Shown here piece after piece: positions 9,397 to 18,480 of a stretch of DNA of 31,680 bases (its first letter is position 1; the number at the start of each line of letters is the position of its first letter). Source of the DNA: Planctomycetota bacterium (GTDB taxonomy: Bacteria; Planctomycetota; UBA1135). The notes beneath the pieces are model-generated. The model did no database searches. It worked only from the letters and a program-made list of their open reading frames with translations, and was not told the DNA's origin. The translations under genes were made by a program, and so were the position numbers. The stretch covers positions 1 to 31,680 of the forward strand of contig JASFYO010000075.1 of the NCBI GenBank assembly GCA_045047305.1, read 5' to 3'.

Positions 9397-9941
9397 TAAT
9401 TCACTTCGGGGTTCTCAGGGATCTCGCGCATCCAACTGAGCTCAGGGTGAATCTTTGCCATCAAGCGTTCCCACAGCAAGCGCCAATCCGTGGTCCACAC
9501 TTCCTCAACCTCTCCTGGGACCACGTACCAGCCCTCGGCGTCGAGTTCTTCATCCAGTTGGCCAGGGCTCCAGCCACTGTAGCCGAGGAAGAAACGCAGA
9601 TTCCCTTTACTCTGAAAGACGTCGCGCACCAACTCCAAGCCGCCGCCGAAGTTCACGCCATCCATGATCGGCAAGACATCTTCTGCATCGTTGTCGCATC
9701 CAGAAAGTACGTGAACGCAATCGGTGCCAACCGGGCCACCCCATAAAAGAGGCACCTCCGCATCGTGCAGATAATCGGCATCGGGCAGCACTTGCTCGAT
9801 GGGTACTTGCAGCGGGCGATTCAAAGTTAAGCCGACGGTGCCTTCGTCGTCGTGGGTGCAAATCATCACCACCGTGCCATCGAAGTTTGGATCGAGCATC
9901 GCGGGGCGGGAGATTAAGAAGCAGCCAGGGGTGACGTTCAT
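9396..9941 (-). CDS. yqgE: YqgE/AlgH (DUF179) family protein
   Basis: DPNFDGTVVMICTH, GLTLNRP, GGPV and RFFLGYSGWSPGQLDEEL motifs, with a C-terminal NPEVN. Confidence 0.92.
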   Translation of the reverse strand: MNVTPGCFLISRPAMLDPNFDGTVVMICTHDDEGTVGLTLNRPLQVPIEQVLPDADYLHDAEVPLLWGGPVGTDCVHVLSGCDNDAEDVLPIMDGVNFGGGLELVRDVFQSKGNLRFFLGYSGWSPGQLDEELDAEGWYVVPGEVEEVWTTDWRLLWERLMAKIHPELSWMREIPENPEVN

Positions 9942-11824
9942 TGCGGAAGTTCCGCGCCTATCGTACGCATTTGTTCCAGAGTTTGCTTCATCATAAAAGC
10001 TTGTGGGTGCTCAGGGTTGCGGTCGAGGAAGGTCTCGAGTGTTTGCGTTGCGCGGTCGACGTCCTGAATTTGGAAGTACAAGGTGAACAGCAGCTGCGCG
10101 ACGTCGAAGCGGGCCGGCGCAAGTTCAAAGCCCTGTTCCGCCAAGGGTAAGGCTTGATCGAAAAGCCCTAATTGCGACAGCGCAAGTGCCTTTCCAATCA
10201 CCGCATTGGGCAATTCAGGGCTTTGTTTTAGTGCCGTATCAAAATGTCCGACGGCCTCCTCAAACGCAATGTCGGCCAAAGTTGGATGGCCCTCCTGCAA
10301 GTGGCGCATGGCCATCTGCGCGCGACAGTTTGCCAGGCCAAGGAATCCCAAGGGGGAAATGCGGTAATGCTCTACGGTTTGCATGTATACCGCTTCGGCA
10401 GCTTTGAAGTCACCCGATAGGTAGAGAGCATCGCCCAAACCGAGGTTCCCTTTCTCGCGTTCGACCGAGGTCACAAAAACCTTGTCCGGGTCAATCTCTA
10501 AACTTCGACGGTACGCCTTTAACGCATATTCCGTAAAGCGGTCGCGCTCAAGAGGGTCGAGCGAGCCCTGCGCACGCTCCAACATCAGGCGTCCATATTC
10601 AATATGGCTAGTCATGGCGCCGGGCGATGCTTCTTGCGCCCACGAGAAAAAAGTCTCTTCATCTTGCCAATGCCTGCTACCACTCCAAGCAGAAAGTGCG
10701 TTGGGAATGGCAATTAGCGCGACGGCAATGGGGAGTAGGTTCTCGTGTTTTGCTTTCTTACTGGACCAATGAAGGAATCCAATCACGACCAGCGCAAATC
10801 CTGCGCTTGGCAAGTAGAGAAAGCGTTCTTCAAACGGGTACTGCCCTAGAGCATTGGAATTCAACACTGGTGCTAGCCCGGCGAAGAGCAAGCCAAGACC
10901 GAACATGACCGTGGGGATGCGTTTGCAGCGTAAGAGCCAAAAGCCTCCAGCTACTAGGGTGAGAGTTCCGCCCACAATCGCCATGATGGAACGGGCGTCG
11001 GCGCCGGCTGCATCGACGCGGAGTGGCCTGAATGGTGCATGCGGCCATGGCCAAACTAGGTATTGCAGGTAATCACCGATGAGTGATAGGGAAAGTAGGA
11101 ACTGCTCATGGGCATTAAATCCATGATGCGTATTGACTCGGTCGAATCCCGCAAGGCTGCTGCCAAAGGCATTGGCCCTCAACAAATAAACCGTCAAGCC
11201 AGCCACGGCCAAGGGCAATAAAAACTTCCACTTGCGTTGCATGGCAACAATGCCGAGCGCCAAGGCCCAAGCGCCGAAGGCAGCTTCTTTACTCAACATT
11301 GCAAGCAGGAAGAAAACACCAAGTTCCAACATCTTGTTGCGCACGAGTGCGCGGAGACCTAACAAGCAGAAAAAAGTGGCAAGCAAATCGGGAATCGCGG
11401 AAATCCATGCCACCGGTTCCGCGTGAACACCGCTTAAGGCGAATATCACGCCAGCGCATCCAGCCAAAAGCGGACGCCATCCCAAACTCAAGGCCAGTGC
11501 CGCCACTGCCATCGAGCAAGCTGCATGTAAAAGCAGCGAAACTCCATGAAAGAACATGGGGTTGCCACCGCCTAATTGCCAGCTGCTGCCAAGTACTGCA
11601 GCGCCTACCGGACGATAAAAGCCGGAGCTAAATCGGTCCGCGTCGACCAATTCCCAATAGGGGGTGGTGAAGGCTTTGAGTACCACCGACCAATCCTGGA
11701 AATTAGGGTTGAGACTGAGCAAGGAGCGGTCGTCATAGACAAACTCGCCGGGCAGCACCGAAAGGAACAGTGCGCAAGCGAGGATTGCGGGGAAAAGCAG
11801 TGCGTAAAGGCGGGCGGTCGTCAT
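9938..11824 (-). CDS. TMTC-like GT-C fold membrane glycosyltransferase with C-terminal TPRs
   Basis: FVYDD acidic motif after TM1, FYRP, HAEPVAWIS, SKE, YLVWP, ERFLYLPS and WQDEETFF, followed by several TPR-like repeats. Confidence 0.8.
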   Translation of the reverse strand: MTTARLYALLFPAILACALFLSVLPGEFVYDDRSLLSLNPNFQDWSVVLKAFTTPYWELVDADRFSSGFYRPVGAAVLGSSWQLGGGNPMFFHGVSLLLHAACSMAVAALALSLGWRPLLAGCAGVIFALSGVHAEPVAWISAIPDLLATFFCLLGLRALVRNKMLELGVFFLLAMLSKEAAFGAWALALGIVAMQRKWKFLLPLAVAGLTVYLLRANAFGSSLAGFDRVNTHHGFNAHEQFLLSLSLIGDYLQYLVWPWPHAPFRPLRVDAAGADARSIMAIVGGTLTLVAGGFWLLRCKRIPTVMFGLGLLFAGLAPVLNSNALGQYPFEERFLYLPSAGFALVVIGFLHWSSKKAKHENLLPIAVALIAIPNALSAWSGSRHWQDEETFFSWAQEASPGAMTSHIEYGRLMLERAQGSLDPLERDRFTEYALKAYRRSLEIDPDKVFVTSVEREKGNLGLGDALYLSGDFKAAEAVYMQTVEHYRISPLGFLGLANCRAQMAMRHLQEGHPTLADIAFEEAVGHFDTALKQSPELPNAVIGKALALSQLGLFDQALPLAEQGFELAPARFDVAQLLFTLYFQIQDVDRATQTLETFLDRNPEHPQAFMMKQTLEQMRTIGAELPQ

Positions 11825-11919
11825 CCGAGAGGCAAGGGCCAGGCAAAGGATAGTGGAATATATGCAAAAATCATGCCTAGCTAGGGAAATCTACAGGTGA
11901 AAGCCGTGCGTCTCGGCAT

Positions 11920-11925
11920 TAGGCT
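11920..11925 (+). promoter_or_regulatory. Putative -10 box (TAGGCT) 6 nt upstream of the ddl GTG
   Basis: TAGGCT-gtagtt-GTG with no SD sequence. Confidence 0.45.
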
Positions 11926-11931
11926 GTAGTT

Positions 11932-13017
11932 GTGAACGAATCCGCAAAACCCCTGGTCGTGACTCTCTTGTTTGGAGGGATCTCCGCGGAACACGAGATT
12001 AGCCTGCGTTCCGCACGAGCGGTGCGCGAGCAGTTGGACGCGGCAAAGTACGATGTCCGCCTGCTTGGCATCACCAAGGATGGTGGCTGGCTGGGTGCGG
12101 AGGCTTCCGCGCGGTTGCTTGCAGGGGAAGAGGTTGGCCCCTGTCACCACGCACCTTTTTTGCCGGAAGGCACCCAAGTGGTGTTTCCGGTTCTGCATGG
12201 CCCGATGGGAGAAGACGGCACCATCCAAGGCTGGCTCGAGTTGATGAACATGCCTTGCGTTGGAAGCGGTTGCCTGGGTTCGGCTTTGGCAATGGACAAG
12301 TCGGTTACCAAGCACGTATTGCGTAGCGCGCACATCCCGGTGTTGTCCTGGTCCGATGTCGAGCGTGCGGATTGGATAGCCAATCGTGGTGCAGTGTTGG
12401 ACGCAGTGGAAGCGGAGCGGCCTTACCCCTCCTTTGTAAAGCCTACATGCCTTGGTTCGAGTGTTGGTATTTCGCGGGTGGAAGATCGCACGCAACTGCA
12501 CGATGCCCTCGAACTCGCGCTTCAGTTTGGTCGCACAGCCTTAGTCGAACCTGCCGTCGCCAATATGCGTGAGTTTGAAATCGCGGTTTTGGATGGCAGC
12601 CAGCCGCTAGTCAGCCTCCCCGGTGAAATCGTAATGGACGGCTGGTACGACTACGATTCGAAGTATCAAAGCAATGAAGCTAAGCTTGTCATCTCCGATG
12701 AACTGCTTCCGCCACGTCTCGCCGATGGCCTTCGGGATATCGCGCTGCACGCCTTTCGCGTAATGCGTCTATCCGGTTTGGCACGCGTCGATTTCCTGAT
12801 GGATAAGAGTAGTGGACGTTATGTGCTCAATGAGGTCAATACCATGCCTGGATTCACTTCAATTTCCATGTACCCCAAACTCATGGAAGCTACCGGAGTC
12901 GATTTCCCAGAACTCTGCGATCGCCTGATTGCATTAGCCTTCGCCGGACGTCCGGATGGCGAAAGCCATGGTGCGGAGCCGCCAATGCGTGAGCGCGAAA
13001 TGGCGTCGGGTCAATAA
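11932..13017 (+). CDS. ddl: D-alanine--D-alanine ligase
   Basis: FGGISAEHEIS, LHGPMGEDGTIQG, AMDK, FVKP, GSSVG, YDYDSKY, ARVDF and EVNTMPGFT. The omega-loop Tyr is retained, as in D-Ala-D-Ala-forming enzymes. Confidence 0.96.
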   Translation: MNESAKPLVVTLLFGGISAEHEISLRSARAVREQLDAAKYDVRLLGITKDGGWLGAEASARLLAGEEVGPCHHAPFLPEGTQVVFPVLHGPMGEDGTIQGWLELMNMPCVGSGCLGSALAMDKSVTKHVLRSAHIPVLSWSDVERADWIANRGAVLDAVEAERPYPSFVKPTCLGSSVGISRVEDRTQLHDALELALQFGRTALVEPAVANMREFEIAVLDGSQPLVSLPGEIVMDGWYDYDSKYQSNEAKLVISDELLPPRLADGLRDIALHAFRVMRLSGLARVDFLMDKSSGRYVLNEVNTMPGFTSISMYPKLMEATGVDFPELCDRLIALAFAGRPDGESHGAEPPMREREMASGQ

Positions 13018-13907
13018 GCCTGCTTCAAGCAGAACACCGAACCGCCGGCCTTATGGAATTCTGAGAGGTCGAGTGGGATGACTTTGAATCCGCGTGCTTC
13101 GATTTGCGCTTGCAGGGCGGCATCTCCCGCAGGTAGGAATACGTGCTTTCCATCGGGGCAAAAGGCATTGCCGAGAAGCCCAGCTCCTTGCTTGTCGGTT
13201 AAGTGAATGAGGTCCTCGAATGCGGCTTCAAGAAGGGCGAGGCCGTCGGCGTCGAAGGCGGAGGAGACCACCAATGCAGTGCTTTCATTCAGCGGAGCTA
13301 ATGCCGTGTCGGTGTGATATTGATTGCCGGGCTGCAGTGCATAAAGCAGGATGTCGAGGTCCGGATAAAAATCTTGGATGGTTTCCCATGCAGTGACGTC
13401 GGTGCGAGAGCCATAACCGGCGTGTAGGAGGAAGCGCCCGGGGTGCCACAGTCCATCGCCATGGCCTTCAAAATTCTGCACATCTTCTGGCATAGTCCGC
13501 AGCAAGAATCCTGCGGCGTGAAAGAAGCTCGCATGGAGGTCTACTTCCGGACGTCGTGATGGGTAGCGCATGTGCGCGAGCCAAACATCGCGGCGGTCCT
13601 TGGTCACTGGAATCACAAAGGATGGATTGGCGGTGAAACAAGAATCGGGGAGCGTGGGGTCTGCTTCTATGCTGAGGAAGATGAGCCCGGTTTGCTGCAT
13701 CGCGTCGCGCATGGCATCCCATTGCTGCATCGCGCGCTTGGCCTCGGTGCGATGGGGGGTGCCATCGGCATCAGCCATCAGCGGATTTTGCACATCCTCG
13801 ATGCGGAAGGCAGAAGGATCTCCGAGCAAAACATGCTTGGGCGCCTCCACCACCGGGTAATCTGCCGGGCGACGATTCCAATCCTCAAGTTTGCGAATTA
13901 GAGTCAT
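13011..13907 (-). CDS. Amidinotransferase / dimethylarginine dimethylaminohydrolase (pentein) family protein
   Basis: LPDSCFTAN, RRPE, FEGHGD, YHTDT and the C-terminal FHKAGGSVFCL with the catalytic Cys. Confidence 0.88.
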   Translation of the reverse strand: MTLIRKLEDWNRRPADYPVVEAPKHVLLGDPSAFRIEDVQNPLMADADGTPHRTEAKRAMQQWDAMRDAMQQTGLIFLSIEADPTLPDSCFTANPSFVIPVTKDRRDVWLAHMRYPSRRPEVDLHASFFHAAGFLLRTMPEDVQNFEGHGDGLWHPGRFLLHAGYGSRTDVTAWETIQDFYPDLDILLYALQPGNQYHTDTALAPLNESTALVVSSAFDADGLALLEAAFEDLIHLTDKQGAGLLGNAFCPDGKHVFLPAGDAALQAQIEARGFKVIPLDLSEFHKAGGSVFCLKQAY

Positions 13908-13919
13908 GGCGAGCGGGAT

Positions 13920-14687
13920 TTAGAGGACGTCCCTGCGTTGCGCCGCGATGGAGGTGAATACCATCACTACCGCGGAAGTCGCAACCAGAATGAGAAGGCT
14001 CATCGGGACCGATGCAATCGTTTCCAGTGGGGAGAAGAGATTCGACTCCGAACCTGTAATCCCGCACCACCGATAAGCCAAACTGATTAAGTAGTAATGC
14101 AATGAGAACTGTTGGCCGGATCCTGGGACGGAACCCATGACCGAGCCCAATCCCACAAGCACGAAAAAGGCCCACAAAATAGGGCGCTTGGTGCTGACTC
14201 CAATGAAGATGCAGATGGAGCCGTAAGCCAAACTTGCGACAGCGAGAATCGCGAAAATGCCTGTGCCGAGCGGAATCCAATCGTGGATGCCCGAAGTCTC
14301 GGCGAATGCCAAACCCATCATGACGGGTGCGAGAACACCGATGAAGAAAACGGGAATCGTGGCCGCATAGGCGCCCAAAAACATGCCGAGCAAGATTTTC
14401 CAGCGCGGTGCGGGGCGGGTGTAGAGGTATCCAATCGCACCCTTGTCGTACAACTCGCTTAGCACTGGCAGCATCACGAACATGCATACCAAAGGCAGTA
14501 CGAAGTACAGGGTCGCGGGGACCATGTAGTTGCGATAGAGGTCCAAGGCTTCAATCGGATCACCTTCGAATAGCACCACCGACATCATCAGGCATGGCAA
14601 GAGTGCAACCACCCCGGGGCCCAATAACTTCAACCCGGACGCGCGGCGCATAAAGGAGAAGCGTGCCACCGAAAGTACAGCCCTCAT
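13920..14687 (-). CDS. ABC-2 type transporter permease
   Basis: About 6 TM helices with the SELYDKGAIGYLYTRPAPRWKILLG loop. ATGA overlap with the ATPase. Confidence 0.85.
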   Translation of the reverse strand: MRAVLSVARFSFMRRASGLKLLGPGVVALLPCLMMSVVLFEGDPIEALDLYRNYMVPATLYFVLPLVCMFVMLPVLSELYDKGAIGYLYTRPAPRWKILLGMFLGAYAATIPVFFIGVLAPVMMGLAFAETSGIHDWIPLGTGIFAILAVASLAYGSICIFIGVSTKRPILWAFFVLVGLGSVMGSVPGSGQQFSLHYYLISLAYRWCGITGSESNLFSPLETIASVPMSLLILVATSAVVMVFTSIAAQRRDVL

Positions 14688-15616
14688 CGTGCAGCCTCCC
14701 CAACCAACATGTCGTAGATCATTTCGAGTTCTTGATCGTCGGTTTCCAAAGACTGAATGAGACCTTGTGCGCCTGCGACCTGCAACCGTTGCAGGAGTTC
14801 AGGCAGGTTGCGGGTATCGAGATGTAAGCATCCGTCATCGACGAATTCCAAACCAGTGACCAATCCGTCGGCAAGTAACTCTGAGCCAAGTTGACTCAAG
14901 TTTTTCCCGCGCACCGTGGCACGCCGCGGCTTTTGGTCGATCAGTTCGCGGATTTCACTGAGGCGTCCTTCTGCGAGCAAGCGTCCATGGTGCAATAGCA
15001 ACATATGATCGGTGACTCCTTCCACTTCATGCAAAACGTGCGAAGCCAGGATGACGGTATGGCCGTTGTCTGCCATGGCGCGTACTAGGTCCAATGTCTG
15101 GCGCCGGCTAACCGGATCCATGCCGTTGAGCGGTTCATCTAAAAGCAGCAGCTCCGGCTCAAACAGGAGTGCTTGCGCCACCTTAATCCGTTGCCGCATG
15201 CCTTTCGACATCGCGTTGAGGCGGACGCTGGCTTTGTTTAGCATGCCTAAGCGGTCGAGGGCTTTCTCGGCGCGGTCCTTGGCCTGCTTTGCGTTATCTC
15301 CACCAACCGAGGCCAAGAGTTGTAGAAAGTCGATGGCGCGTTCTGATTCAAAATGCACATCTTCGCCTGGAGCATATCCGACACGACGGAAGATCTCGTA
15401 TTTGCCCGGAGTGATGCGTTCTCCCAGGATTTCAACCCAACCGCGCGAGGCATGAATCTGCCCAGTCAACAAGCGCATTAAAGTGCTTTTGCCGGAACCG
15501 TTTGGCCCCAACAATCCAATGATGCCACTTTCAATCGTGACGCTAAGTCCTGCCAAACCTTGGACCTCGCCATACCAGCGAGATAAGTTTTCACAGCGTA
15601 GTGCTGGTGCGCTCAT
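14684..15616 (-). CDS. ABC transporter ATP-binding protein
   Basis: Walker A GPNGSGKS, signature MSKGMRQR, Walker B LLLLDEP, H-loop ASH. Confidence 0.95.
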   Translation of the reverse strand: MSAPALRCENLSRWYGEVQGLAGLSVTIESGIIGLLGPNGSGKSTLMRLLTGQIHASRGWVEILGERITPGKYEIFRRVGYAPGEDVHFESERAIDFLQLLASVGGDNAKQAKDRAEKALDRLGMLNKASVRLNAMSKGMRQRIKVAQALLFEPELLLLDEPLNGMDPVSRRQTLDLVRAMADNGHTVILASHVLHEVEGVTDHMLLLHHGRLLAEGRLSEIRELIDQKPRRATVRGKNLSQLGSELLADGLVTGLEFVDDGCLHLDTRNLPELLQRLQVAGAQGLIQSLETDDQELEMIYDMLVGEAAR

Positions 15617-16506
15617 GCTAATAGACTCCTGCGCTTCAAGCCTCGCATGATGATGGCAAAGGAAACCACCGCTAGGCCGATGAGGACGGTGAATGCCAAC
15701 GCCGGTGGTGGATGGCTTGCGGTGAGGTTATCGACTTCCCCGAGCGCCGCTGCTGTGGTGACATAAGTGTTCTGGAAGTATGAAATCGCAAGCATGGAGG
15801 AGTTGTTGGTAATCCCCCAAAGCATGACTCCCATGCCTTGCACGACGACAAAGATCACCACGAAAACGAGGTTGGTCCAAACCGCACTGCGCGTAAGGAT
15901 GGTGATGGCTTGCACCATCAAGGCAACCACCGTGCAGCTTAAAAGCAAAGCGCCGAACATGGCCAATGGGATTTTGGCGATGACATCGATGTGGCCTTCT
16001 GCGGAGAAGCTGAGGTCGCCCAGCCAAATCAGCATGATGGGGCCAAAGGTTGCGAGCATGAGGAAGCCAACGAAGGCTACGGTGCGCCCGAACAGATAAC
16101 TCAACGGCGTGATCGGCCGCGAGAAGTAGGCCTCCATCGCATTGGTGCGCAGGTCACTGGCGATGAGGTCGTGGCCAAACATCAAGGAGAGGATGAGCAG
16201 GAAAGGATTGACGAAAATCCCCAGCAGGCGCAGGTAAAAGACGGCATCGATGGGGAAGCCATCGTCACTGTCGGTCACCCTCGCTCCAACACCATCCACG
16301 ATTTCGCGCCAATCAGGAACCATTTGGTTCAGGATGTAGAGCAGCACCACAATGGTGAAGCCCATCAGCAGCGAGAGGAAGGACATGCGGCGCACCCATT
16401 TCGAGCCCCATCCACGAGCCACGGTGGCGGTTGCGATTGGGATCCAAGTGGGGCGGGAGGTGCGCTCTCCGGTGAAACGCTCGTATTCAGCTGCGCGAAA
16501 CGCCAT
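15613..16506 (-). CDS. ABC-2 type transporter permease
   Basis: About 6 TM helices with the IASDLRTNAMEAYFSRPITPLSYLFGR loop. Confidence 0.85.
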   Translation of the reverse strand: MAFRAAEYERFTGERTSRPTWIPIATATVARGWGSKWVRRMSFLSLLMGFTIVVLLYILNQMVPDWREIVDGVGARVTDSDDGFPIDAVFYLRLLGIFVNPFLLILSLMFGHDLIASDLRTNAMEAYFSRPITPLSYLFGRTVAFVGFLMLATFGPIMLIWLGDLSFSAEGHIDVIAKIPLAMFGALLLSCTVVALMVQAITILTRSAVWTNLVFVVIFVVVQGMGVMLWGITNNSSMLAISYFQNTYVTTAAALGEVDNLTASHPPPALAFTVLIGLAVVSFAIIMRGLKRRSLLA

Positions 16507-17435
16507 TACTCGGCCTCCAAGGCTTCCAGGAAGGCATCTTCGAGCGAACGAGCCGCATCTTTGATACCGAGAAGGGGAATACCCGCTCCGCGTGCGAGTT
16601 CAAAAACGGCTTCCGGCTCCACAATGCGATCCGGATGCGACAAAACCAGCTCACCATGAATGCGGCCGACCTCTGCGACTAAGCCTTGATCGGAAGCCAC
16701 TTGTTGGAATTTACCGACGCTATCCAATTCCACACGCACGCGTTTGGCGCCCCTCGCTGCAGCGGTTAAGTCGGCAAGCGAGCCGGTGTGCTTCATGATG
16801 CCTTTATCCAAAACCCAAACCTCGTTGCACAAGCGCTCGACGTCGGGGAGAAGGTGACTCGCGAGAATCAGATGGATGCCATGATCCTTGCTGACCCGTT
16901 CAATTAAGCCCAGCATGCGGACCCGGTTTTGCGGATCGAGGCCGTTGGTCGGTTCATCCAGAAACAAGACATCGGGATCGTGCACTAAGGCAGCGGCCAA
17001 TTTGAATCGTTGGCGCATGCCCACCGAAAAGGTGGAGACATCGCGGTAGCGTTCTTCGCCTAATCCGACAAAGTGCAGGACATCGTGGGCACGCAGCATG
17101 GCGTCTTCAGTGGCAAACCCGCACAGCTCGGCAAGTTGCGCCAGGCCACGCACACCGCTGACGCCACCAATGTAGGCATCGCGTTCTGGCATATAACCAA
17201 TCCGTCGGCGCAACTGGGCTCCGGCAGCCAGGGTGTCTTCACCCAAGACTTTGACACTTCCTCCAGCGGGGCGCACTAAGCCCAAGATGGAGCGCATCAT
17301 GGAGGATTTCCCTGCGCCGTTCGGACCTAAAAGCCCGAGTGCACCGCCTTCAAAAATGGCGTCGACCCCGTGAAGGGCTGTGAAACTTCCGTAGCGGACC
17401 ACCAGGCCCTGCAATTCGAGAACCTTTTCGCTCAT
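16506..17435 (-). CDS. ABC transporter ATP-binding protein
   Basis: Walker A GPNGAGKS, signature FSVGMRQR, Walker B LFLDEPTNGLDP, H-loop ASH, C-terminal SLEDAFL. Confidence 0.95.
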   Translation of the reverse strand: MSEKVLELQGLVVRYGSFTALHGVDAIFEGGALGLLGPNGAGKSSMMRSILGLVRPAGGSVKVLGEDTLAAGAQLRRRIGYMPERDAYIGGVSGVRGLAQLAELCGFATEDAMLRAHDVLHFVGLGEERYRDVSTFSVGMRQRFKLAAALVHDPDVLFLDEPTNGLDPQNRVRMLGLIERVSKDHGIHLILASHLLPDVERLCNEVWVLDKGIMKHTGSLADLTAAARGAKRVRVELDSVGKFQQVASDQGLVAEVGRIHGELVLSHPDRIVEPEAVFELARGAGIPLLGIKDAARSLEDAFLEALEAE

Positions 17436-18436
17436 CCTTGGCGGATCGGGAGAAGAATCCGGCGTGAGGTGCCGGTGGCCAGGGAGTGCAGACGTTGGAA
17501 CATGGTGTAGACGCGTAGTGAGCGAATGACGCGATCGCGTACTCGCTGTACGTCTACCACCCCTTCGGTGAAGACTTTTTCTATGCGCGCGAGGTAAATC
17601 CAGCGACTCCCAGTGATGGGGCCGCGCAAAACTGGGCCATTGGGTACGGTGACGCCAAAATCCACGAAGACTTGGCGTAAAAAGTCTTCATCAAAACGGT
17701 GGTCGGTGCGTTTGATATAGCCGACTCGCCCATCCTGTTTACTGGTGACAGGGTCTTCGCAGTACTTTTTCACGGCTTCCGCCCAAGTGATTTCTTCAGC
17801 GGTGAGTTTGGTCGCAACCTCGTCCAATAGGGCGTAGCGCGCAAGCCGCTCTTCTTCGCCGACTGCGCGGTTGGTTTCCATGTCGAAAAGTGGAATCCGA
17901 ATCCAAGCGACCTTAAGGCGGCCAAAGAACTCGGGCACCGAACGGTTGAAATGGGTGCGGATTTCACGCATGGAAAATTCTTTGGGCTGCTTTGCGATCA
18001 ATCGCGCACGCACCTCGATTTCTAAACTCGCCCGCGCCAGGATGGATTGCGGAAAGCTGCCATCGCCGCCGCGATCGAGATTCCACGCAGAGGCTTCCGC
18101 AAGTAAAGCTTCTTGGCCGATGGCAGGAATCTTCGCCGCATCGAGTAGCAATGCATTGCTGAACCAGCGCACTTGGTTATAGAAGCGCACCGAATCAATG
18201 TAAAAATGCAGGTATTCAGCATTCGACTCTAGGGCCTCTTTGAGTGAGGCGTCGAGCGGATACATGCGCTCCAAAACTTGACCCACCGAATAGGTGGTAT
18301 CGCCTTGCTGCAGTGCCGGCTGGGCGAGCAGGTCTTGGACATCTGCGCTGGTATCAGCGGAGGAAGGGCTGCTCTCAGCGCCTGGATTCTGGGCTGGGCA
18401 GAGTGAGAAAGTGAACAGTAGAAGAATCGACAGCAT
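17432..18436 (-). CDS. Exported SurA/PrsA-like protein with a degenerate parvulin (PpiC) domain
   Basis: Signal peptide from ATG 18436 (MLSILLLFTFSLCPA). EIRTHFN...WAEAVKKYCEDPVTSKQDGRVGYI...GPI matches the parvulin pattern. ATGA overlap with the ABC ATPase. Confidence 0.7.
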   Translation of the reverse strand: MLSILLLFTFSLCPAQNPGAESSPSSADTSADVQDLLAQPALQQGDTTYSVGQVLERMYPLDASLKEALESNAEYLHFYIDSVRFYNQVRWFSNALLLDAAKIPAIGQEALLAEASAWNLDRGGDGSFPQSILARASLEIEVRARLIAKQPKEFSMREIRTHFNRSVPEFFGRLKVAWIRIPLFDMETNRAVGEEERLARYALLDEVATKLTAEEITWAEAVKKYCEDPVTSKQDGRVGYIKRTDHRFDEDFLRQVFVDFGVTVPNGPVLRGPITGSRWIYLARIEKVFTEGVVDVQRVRDRVIRSLRVYTMFQRLHSLATGTSRRILLPIRQG

Positions 18437-18462
18437 GGCAACGGGGAAAGCTGGGTCCCGCC

Positions 18463-18472
18463 ATCGTAACCT
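18463..18472. promoter_or_regulatory. Overlapping divergent -10-like boxes (TAACCT on +, TACGAT on -)
   Basis: TAACCT at 18467-18472 is 8 nt before the kinase ATG. TACGAT (minus strand, 18463-18468) faces the parvulin gene. The intergenic gap is 44 bp. Confidence 0.4.
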
Positions 18473-18480
18473 CAAGCTTG

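Noticed and set aside
11876..11885. Palindrome CCTAGCTAGG between the divergent TMTC-like and ddl genes
   Set aside because: A 10-bp palindrome is expected by chance many times in 31 kb.
11881..12501. 206-aa minus-strand ORF
   Set aside because: Antisense to ddl, with no motifs.
11932..13017. Possible Van-type D-Ala-D-Lac ligase
   Set aside because: The omega loop keeps YDYDSKY and there are no vanH or vanX neighbours.
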